This document shows, one piece after another, positions 8,517 to 15,700 of a DNA stretch of 37,392 nucleotides. A program made the position numbers and the translations under genes. Source of the DNA: Bacillota bacterium (lineage in GTDB: Bacteria > Bacillota > Clostridia > Lachnospirales > Anaerotignaceae); the NCBI GenBank assembly GCA_023413275.1, contig JAEZPX010000010.1, positions 1 through 37,392 of the forward strand, read 5' to 3'. Below the pieces are notes generated by a model. The model was not told the origin of the DNA. It saw only the letters and a list, made by a program, of their open reading frames with translations, and did no database searches. Position 1 is the first letter of the stretch, and the number at the start of each line of letters is the position of its first letter.

Positions 8517-10248
8517 ATTGAGCACCACCCTTCCCATATTCCTCCAGGTTTTTCTGCTGATTGAACAGTTGGGCATAGAGAGAATGGGTTTCCATTAGTG
8601 CATGATGGTTGCCATTTTGGAGAATGCGCCCTTCATCCAAAACATAAATACAATTGGCATTTACAACATTGGCAAGGCGATGAGAGATTAAAATCACTGT
8701 TTTTGTTTTTGTCAGCTGCTCAATTGCTTTCATGATATAGGCTTCACTCTCTGCATCAATGTTTGAAGTGGCTTCATCAAAGATATATATTGGAGTATTG
8801 TGAAGCAATGCCCGTGCCAAAGCCAGACGTTGCCTCTGACCGCCAGATAGATTGCTTCCTTGTTCAGCAATAGGAGTTTCTAGCCCTTTCTCATTTTGAA
8901 TAAAGTCTAAGAAATTGACACGGTGGAGAACTGAATAAAGCTCTTCATCTGTTGCTTCTGGGTTTGCCATTCTTAAATTATAAGCAATTGTTCCTTGAAA
9001 CAGATAGCTGTTATGGTTCACGAAAGTAATGTTTTCCATCAGGCTTTTTTCACTTAGTGTTTTTAACTCGATTCCACCAATTTGAATACTACCCATATAA
9101 TCCTTTAAAGCACCTTTCAAAAGCCCTGCCAATGTAGATTTACCACAGCCGCTTTTACCCACCAACGAAATAAAGGTGTTCTTGGGTATTTTTAAAGAGA
9201 TATTCTGAAGAATTTTTTTTTCATTATCATATTGAAAGGATACATCTTCCAAAAGAATATCAAGACCCTCAACTTTTGCATTACCCTTTTCAGAAACGGG
9301 GGTGTCTAAAATTGCAAATATTTTGTCTGCGGCTGTCATCCCATTCATTGCGATATGAAAGAAAGAGCCCAAAAGTCTGAGGGGAATAAAAAATTCTGCG
9401 GATAGAAAAATCATTGCCATTGTTTGAAATAAGCCAATATTACCATGGGAAAATTCTAAAACAGCAAGAAGAATTCCCATTGCTGCACCACCATAGGCAA
9501 CCAAATCCATTACGGAGATTGAGTTTAGCTGCATGGAGAGGACTTTCATTGTAATTTTGCGAAAAGTTTCTGCATTCCCATTCATCTCTTTTTGTTTCAT
9601 CTCGTCCGCTTGATATATTTTCAAAGTAGTCATTCCCTGTAAGTTTTCTAAAAAAGAATCTCCCAAGTCAGTGTATGCAGTCCAGTATTTGCTTAATAAT
9701 TTTTTTGCAAACTTTTGAACAGCAATAATCGAAAGAGGAATAAAAGGAACACATAGAAGCAGAACAACAGATGCTTTGAAACAGATGGTGGAGAGAACAA
9801 AAAACAAGGTAATTGGAGCAATCAGGCTATAAAAAAGTTGAGGCAAATATTGCGAAAAATAAGTCTCAAGCTGATTTACCCCTTCGGTGCACATTTGCAC
9901 AACCTCTGCTGTGGATATTTTATTCTTATAGCTAGTGCCAATGTGGGTAAGTTTTGTATAAATCTTTTCTCTCAAAAGGCTTTTCACATTTTTTGAAGAT
10001 TGAAAGGCGGTTTTTGAAGAGAATATACTGGCAAAAAAACGAAGGATACCAAAAAATATTATTATAACACCTGTTCTCTGTGCCAAGGCCATATCGAAAG
10101 TTCTATTTTGATAGGTTGAATCTATTAAAACGCAAATGGAAAGCATGATAAAAATATTGCAAATCAGACTAAACCATTGTAAAAGAACTGTTGCCACAAT
10201 ATATTTTTTTATATTTGGGGCAAGTTCCAAAAGACGCCTGTGAAACAT
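8509..10248 (-). CDS. cydD: ABC exporter, fused TMD-NBD, CydD-like
   Basis: 579 aa. TMD followed by Walker A GKSGCGKST, signature LSGGQRQRLALARAL and Walker B IYIFDEATS. Strong SD AGGAGGG 6 nt upstream of the ATG at 10248. Confidence 0.75.
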   Translation of the reverse strand: MFHRRLLELAPNIKKYIVATVLLQWFSLICNIFIMLSICVLIDSTYQNRTFDMALAQRTGVIIIFFGILRFFASIFSSKTAFQSSKNVKSLLREKIYTKLTHIGTSYKNKISTAEVVQMCTEGVNQLETYFSQYLPQLFYSLIAPITLFFVLSTICFKASVVLLLCVPFIPLSIIAVQKFAKKLLSKYWTAYTDLGDSFLENLQGMTTLKIYQADEMKQKEMNGNAETFRKITMKVLSMQLNSISVMDLVAYGGAAMGILLAVLEFSHGNIGLFQTMAMIFLSAEFFIPLRLLGSFFHIAMNGMTAADKIFAILDTPVSEKGNAKVEGLDILLEDVSFQYDNEKKILQNISLKIPKNTFISLVGKSGCGKSTLAGLLKGALKDYMGSIQIGGIELKTLSEKSLMENITFVNHNSYLFQGTIAYNLRMANPEATDEELYSVLHRVNFLDFIQNEKGLETPIAEQGSNLSGGQRQRLALARALLHNTPIYIFDEATSNIDAESEAYIMKAIEQLTKTKTVILISHRLANVVNANCIYVLDEGRILQNGNHHALMETHSLYAQLFNQQKNLEEYGKGGAQYA

Positions 10249-10391
10249 AAAAAAGCCCTCCTAAATAAAAAGTAGATACGCTAGTTTGTGCGTACTTCTT
10301 AAAATTTAAACGGGCGAGGTTTATGGCAAGACTATAGCATATTCATAGTTTGATGTCAATTTAAAAAAGGATGATTTTGCTTTGAGAGGTG

Positions 10392-10420
10392 TTGACAAAA
10401 GAAACAAGGAATGTTATTTT
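10392..10420 (+). promoter_or_regulatory. Candidate sigma-A promoter for the DtxR-like regulator gene
   Basis: TTGACA (10392-10397), 17-nt spacer, TATTTT (10415-10420). The -10 is weak. Confidence 0.3.
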
Positions 10421-10567
10421 CAAAACATAAATAGTTAGCATAGGAAAACTTTTGAAAAATAAGAAATAGTCTTAAAAGTTTGCAAGTGATTAATAAATTT
10501 TGAAGGTTTAGCTGTCACCAAATGAAGGTGTAAGAAATGAAAATAACAAAAAGAGAGGAGATTGAAA

Positions 10568-11311
10568 ATGAAAGAAACAACGGTTTTAGATGGTTTTACA
10601 GAAGCGCAACTCAAGTATATTTTAATCATAAGTGCACTGCAGGATTCCTACGCCACGCTGACTGGAATTGCGGAGAATTTGGGTGTGAAAAAGCCCAGTG
10701 CTTGTCGGATGATTTACCAACTAAAAGATATGGGTGTACTAAAAACAGATGAAAGCAACCGATTTAAAAAAGTTTTTTTAACTCAATTTGGCAATAGTAT
10801 TGCGGCAATGCTGGAGCACCAGCAATATATGATATACAGACTGTTAATCCAGCAATTAGGGACAGACCCAGAGACGGCTCAGCGTCAGGCTGAGAAGCTT
10901 CTTGGGAAGCTAGAGCCAGAGGTGGTGTCTCTTTTGGAGGTAAAATTTAATGAGTTTTGTGAAGAGGATGGTTTACGTGAAGAAACCTATGATGCAAAGC
11001 AATGGGAGAGTCCGGGCGATGGCAGTTATTTCATTCCTTTTAAAATTTTAAAGGCGGATAGTGATATGATTTCCATGGGGAATAAAGGATTTGAACATCC
11101 TTGTATTTTGGTGTTAAATAACGAAAAACAAGAGGTAGTATTAAAATCAAGGGATATATTTTACAAATCTATTTTAGGAAAATGCCTTTATGGAAAATTA
11201 AGCTCTATGAAGTTTAAAAATAGGGAGACAGATACATATCAACTTGCGGAGTGTACCCATTCTATATACAGATTACCGTTAAGTGAAATGAAATGCAAAT
11301 ATGATTCTTAA
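10568..11311 (+). CDS. DtxR/MntR-family (iron-dependent-repressor fold) transcriptional regulator with an additional ~120-aa C-terminal domain of unknown function
   Basis: The N-terminal 125 aa align by eye with DtxR: HTH TGIAENLGVKKPSACRMIYQLKDMGVL ~ [27 protein letters not shown], and dimerisation helices TQFGNSIAAMLEHQQYMIYRLL ~ [22 protein letters not shown]. Most DtxR metal ligands (E83, H98, C102, E105, H106) are not conserved. The track ORF begins at TTG 10562. The ATG at 10568 with SD AGAGGAG 8 nt upstream is preferred. Confidence 0.6.
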   Translation: MKETTVLDGFTEAQLKYILIISALQDSYATLTGIAENLGVKKPSACRMIYQLKDMGVLKTDESNRFKKVFLTQFGNSIAAMLEHQQYMIYRLLIQQLGTDPETAQRQAEKLLGKLEPEVVSLLEVKFNEFCEEDGLREETYDAKQWESPGDGSYFIPFKILKADSDMISMGNKGFEHPCILVLNNEKQEVVLKSRDIFYKSILGKCLYGKLSSMKFKNRETDTYQLAECTHSIYRLPLSEMKCKYDS

Positions 11312-11534
11312 GGAAAAATCGTGACTGGTGTAATCAGAATTATGGCAAGAGCAACTGTGGGCGTTTTTCATATGGCAGAAGCAAAAGCTGATTTGGTACT
11401 TGACTTAACAGCTATTGAAATAAACAGTAGATAGAACATGTAACTTGGTAAAATGTGCATCTATTTTTACGAGTTTAGAGTTTCATTTACATAAAAAAAC
11501 TGGCAAATTCATAGGAAAAAATTTGAAAATAGGT

Positions 11535-11563
11535 TTGACAACAATCTTTAGGTGTGATATAGT
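11535..11563 (+). promoter_or_regulatory. Sigma-A-type promoter (TTGACA-17-TATAGT) for the heme-uptake operon leader
   Basis: TTGACA 11535-11540, exactly 17 nt, TATAGT 11558-11563. GTG at -15 gives partial extended -10 character. Confidence 0.5.
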
Positions 11564-11573
11564 TTACCTGTAA

Positions 11574-11589
11574 GTTAGTTATAACTAAC
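11574..11589 (+). promoter_or_regulatory. Perfect 16-bp palindrome GTTAGTTA.TAACTAAC at about +5 to +20 of the promoter; candidate repressor operator, loosely DtxR iron-box-like
   Basis: GTTAGTTATAACTAAC is its own reverse complement. It sits immediately downstream of the -10. The half-site resembles the DtxR/IdeR box TTAGGTTAGCCTAACCTAA. Confidence 0.4.
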
Positions 11590-11677
11590 AAATTGGAATA
11601 TCATGCTTACACATTGATGAAAAACGGGCGAGGTTTTACATCAAGTATAACATTGTTGCCATAAAAAACGTAATTTT

Positions 11678-11716
11678 CAAGGAATGACCTTTGTGTCGTT
11701 CCTTGTACTATTTTTA
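11678..11716 (+). terminator. Intrinsic-terminator-like hairpin inside the operon leader (attenuator, or 3' end of a ~145-nt leader RNA)
   Basis: 11-bp stem CAAGGAATGAC / GTCGTTCCTTG (one U.G pair), 6-nt loop, followed by UACUAUUUUUAC. It lies ~110 nt downstream of the predicted TSS and ~355 nt upstream of the first start codon. Confidence 0.4.
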
Positions 11717-12070
11717 CGGGAAATTAGCCTAGTCTAATGCTTGATGGCCTAGGGAAATAAAAGTAGGTATGATAAACTTACAAATGCAGTAAGCGAGCGG
11801 ATTTTGTATGACACATGAAAGTTAGCTAGTGCTAACAAAAAAGTTTGCGTACGAAAATCAAGTTGTAGATTGTTTATAATGGCCGAAGTGAACCCTGTTG
11901 AAACAATTCAAGTACTTCGGTTTGATTATAAAAATAGAATATAAAGGAGGTATAAAAGAAAAAAACAGAAAAAATCGTATCAAACCAGAGCAACAAAGCA
12001 AAAACCGGTTTTTGCCCCAAAAAGGGCAGTAAGATAACTTAATATTTACTTATAAAAGGGAGGAATAGTT

Positions 12071-12565
12071 ATGAGAAATTTATTAAAGAAAATTACAGGT
12101 TTGGGTATGGCAACAATGATGGCTTTGAGCATGGGAGTGGTAGCGTTTGCCCAAGAGGCACCCGGATATGTGACGTTCTTCAAAAGTGGCAGCAGTACTG
12201 CAGTTTCAATGACACAAAAAGCTCTTGCTGACTATTCCAGCAAGGTTCAGGTAGGTGACAACTATGTTTACACCATCAATCTACAAACCTTTGAAATGAC
12301 AAAAATGGGGGTATCGGGCGAGGGCTATATGACAGGTATTACATTAGGCTCCACAGCCAAGAATGCAGGTATTACTGCCTCAGTAACCAATGGCGGGGAC
12401 ACGTTAATTGTATCTGTTCCAACAAATCTTGTAATCAACGGTAATTCTGCCAAATATGATGCAAAGATAGAAGCACAGGTCGAACTATTATGGGGAATCA
12501 AATTTGATATGCCTTCATCAGTAAATTTAGCTATTACAGATTCACAATTGACATATTCTGAATAA
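12071..12565 (+). CDS. Small secreted single-NEAT-domain protein (IsdX1-like hemophore candidate)
   Basis: Signal peptide MRNLLKKITGLGMATMMALSMGVVAFA. VSMTQKALADYSSKVQVGDNYVYTINLQT matches the NEAT lip/strand pattern (S-x-M ... KV-x5-N-x2-Y-x3-L, cf. IsdA [26 protein letters not shown]). C-terminal AKYDAKIEAQVEL matches the NEAT Y-x3-Y/LEF strand, with Y-x3-I here. SD GGGAGG lies 8 nt upstream. Confidence 0.5.
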   Translation: MRNLLKKITGLGMATMMALSMGVVAFAQEAPGYVTFFKSGSSTAVSMTQKALADYSSKVQVGDNYVYTINLQTFEMTKMGVSGEGYMTGITLGSTAKNAGITASVTNGGDTLIVSVPTNLVINGNSAKYDAKIEAQVELLWGIKFDMPSSVNLAITDSQLTYSE

Positions 12566-12595
12566 CTAATGCATCCTTTTCACTAAATTATTTTG

Positions 12596-12625
12596 AGAGC
12601 CGAAGGCTTAGCGGCTTTTGGCTCT
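12596..12625 (+). terminator. Hairpin after the NEAT hemophore gene (partial terminator / processing site)
   Basis: AGAGCCGAAGGC / GCTTTTGGCTCT 12-bp stem (2 G.U), followed by a T-rich but interrupted tract ATTATTTATTATATA. Confidence 0.35.
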
Positions 12626-12726
12626 ATTATTTATTATATATTGAAATACTTAAAGCAAGGTATTCGTAAGGAACTTATTGTTAAAAAAGTTCTTGAGGAA
12701 ACTCAATATAGGGGGAGTGAACCAAA

Positions 12727-15700
12727 TTGAAATATAAAAAGTATTTGACAATGTTTTTGGCGGGTACATTGGTAATTTCATCATCGCCGACGAAAATTTT
12801 TGCAGATTCAAACGAACAACAGGTTGAACAGCAGGATGGTTCTGGGGAAAAAGATACTGACATATCAGTAGTAGAAAAAACAGATGAAGGGGAATTCGGT
12901 AAAACCGAGACTAAAGCAGAATCAGAGGGCGTAGAGACAGGTGAGGAAGACAGCGGGGAACTAGAAACGGGGGATACAGAAACTAATGAAGCAGAAACAA
13001 GCAATACAGAAACAGGTAATTCAGAAATTGTCGAGAAAGAAACTGGAGAAATAGAAGCGGGAAACACAGAAACAGGCAACCCAGAGAATGAGGAAACAGG
13101 GGAAACACAAACAACAGAAGGTGCGGAAAATACGGAGGAATCCGAAAATATAAAAGAGGGCGAGGAAGCCCCTATACAAGCGAGTGTGCTTGATGCAAGT
13201 TTAGTATCCAGTACTGATACTGTAGAGGCACCGGCTATTACAGCTCGTGATGACAATGATATCAGTCAAACCTACTATGCAAATAATGCTACAGTAAAGG
13301 TTGAGATAGCAGTACCCGAGGATACCCAGGTATATTATACAATAGACGGTACAGACCCAACAGAGAGTGGAACGAGACAGCTTTATAGTGGGGCATTTAT
13401 TTTGACTGCATCGGGCACAGAGGCAGAAGCGTTGACAATAAAAGCTGTTGCTACCCAGGAGGTAACGGGAGGAGAAAACACCACAACGCAATATTCAGAA
13501 CTGATTACTAAGGAGATATGCTTTATTGCAGAAGTTGATGTGTCGGAACCTGTGATCAAAACATGTGACAGCAGCGGAGATTCTCAGGACAGCTATTCTT
13601 ATTTGTCGCCAGTAACGGTTGAGATTGATGCACCTTTTAATACAGAGGTATTGTTTACAACAGATGGTACTGACCCAATTCAAAGTGACACAAAACAGCT
13701 TTATAAAGGTTCGTTTACAGTTTCACTTCCTATGGCACAATATACGTCGGGAGGAACAACTGAAATAAAAGCGGTGGTAAAAACAGGGGTTGAGTGTGGC
13801 AATGGAGAAATGATCTATGTTTATTCTGATTTAGTGAGTAGTTCCATTGTATTTCGAGCTGCGACAACATTAAAGAACCCGACAATAAAAGCTACGCAGA
13901 AAATAAGCGGTGCAGTTACAACAACATCATCACTGCAGAAGAGTATTTCTAATATAGCTAACAATGAAACGGTTGAGATTGAGATCACCCATCCAAACGA
14001 TGCTTCAAGTAGAATATTGTATACCTTAGATGATACCGATCCAAGGGAGAGCGATACAGCATTAGTTTATACGGATGAATTTTCAATAACTGCTAGCGGT
14101 CTAGCAGCTGAGGCTGTGGTTGTTAGAGTCACTGTTGAAGTAATGGATGGTACACAAAAAACATATACCTCTCCCAGAAAACTTACTCTGAATTTTTTGC
14201 AGGAAGAGATTGCTGCACCTGAGCTTTCTTTCACCCCTTTGGAAAATGGTGAATCAAAATATAAGAATACGGCAGAGGTTACTGCCAATATTACAAATTA
14301 TGATGCACAGCTGGGATATGTTTATACCCTTGATGGAACAGATCCAACCTTGGAAAGCAACGCTTATGATAACAGCATAGGAATTGCGGGAATTAAAGCT
14401 CCTTCCCAGGCAGGAGGTAAGGTAACCATTAAGGTTGCGTCTGTGAAAGAAGGTAAATATTTATCTTCTATAACCACTAAAGAAATTTATTTTAAATCAA
14501 ATGAGGATTTGATACTAACGCAAGGGAATTATATAGCTGATTTTGTAATAAAATGCAATGATGGAAATAATGCATGGTTGAAGGATTACATAGACACCAA
14601 GGATGTTGAGATTAATTTAGATAGTGACGGTAAAATGAGCCTTACAATACGTTTTGTTGAGAAGACAACCGATAATGTGGGAGTTGAAGCTTACAAGTTC
14701 AAGTCCGCAAAAATAGTGAGTTATGAGGGAGAAGAAACAGAACTTGCTTTTGAAGAACCAACTGAGATAAATTCTTATTTGTATAGTTCAAACAGCACTT
14801 ATGTCATAAAAACGGTTACGCTACCTATGGAATCCCTATCCGCTGATGTTCCGGTGCAATTTGAAAATAACAGTGGTGTATGGGTGGATTTTGTTCTTAC
14901 CCTAAATTCGCAGCCAAAGCCAGCATCAGAAAGAAAAATAGATAATTCTGTTATGGGTTACTCTATCATTGCCGGTTCTCAAAATTTAACTTACGATGGT
15001 TATAGACAATATAAAAACCCCATTACAATTACTTTAGACAGCAAGGGATATTCGGTAACAAGACCTATGGTGTATTATTTTACCACAGATGATACAGAGG
15101 AGATAGGTTTGGAATCCAGATCAATGAATTTACCTGTTGTAAATTCTTTATCGGTTGCTACAAATTACGAAGGGGCCGTTGAGGATGCATATGAAATATT
15201 TACCAAGAACAAAGATCCTCATGCTCTTAATATAAGAGTTAAAGGTTATGTTGAAGGTTTAGGTTGGACAGACGAAATTTCTATTCCCTTAAAGTTCAAT
15301 GCAAGGGCTTTGTCAAGTGAAATTGTAGATGCCAATGGAACGGGTACAAAGATGACGACAACAGGAACGTTTCATGATGGGAAAAGCGACTTAGGATATA
15401 CCATTCCGTATGATACAGCTTTTAAAGTAGACACCGAAGAGGATAAAACGAAGATAGAGATTTATTCTAACTTGATTTCACAGGTAAATGCGGAACATGG
15501 CAGTAGCAAAAAAAAGGTGCTAAATATTACTTTGGCAACACCTAGCGGTGGACAAGTGAAAGTTTTGGATGCTTTTGGAGAATTTAAAGAGTCTTTTCTA
15601 AGTATTCCACAAACCGAAGGGTTTTCTGTAGAAGCGGTTTCAGTGTATCACATCAATAAATCCGGAACGGAAGCCATACTGCTTCCTCGTTACGCTGGAA

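Noticed and set aside
10562-10567. TTG start for the regulator as given in the ORF track
   Set aside because: An in-frame ATG two codons downstream (10568) has better spacing to the AGAGGAG SD. The TTG start was retained only for the giant protein (12727), where no suitable ATG precedes the signal peptide.
10537-10752. 71-aa ORF overlapping the start of the regulator gene (and 20395-20661 overlapping the isdE-like start)
   Set aside because: These are alternative-frame artefacts overlapping well-supported genes with proper RBSs.
11480-11600. Fur box at the heme-operon promoter
   Set aside because: No 7-1-7 TGATAATnATTATCA-like sequence is present. The dyad found (GTTAGTTATAACTAAC) does not fit Fur consensus.
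11564-12070. Cobalamin or other riboswitch in the long operon leader (considered because a TroA-family SBP is downstream)
   Set aside because: No B12-box-like consensus or other riboswitch core was recognisable by eye. The SBP matches IsdE-type heme binders (Met/His ligands) rather than BtuF. Only generic hairpins are reported.
12681-13256. 191-aa minus-strand ORF rich in Ser/Val/Pro
   Set aside because: It lies antisense to the acidic tandem-repeat region of the giant protein. The low-complexity repeat keeps the opposite frame open. It has no RBS and is nested entirely inside a strongly supported gene.
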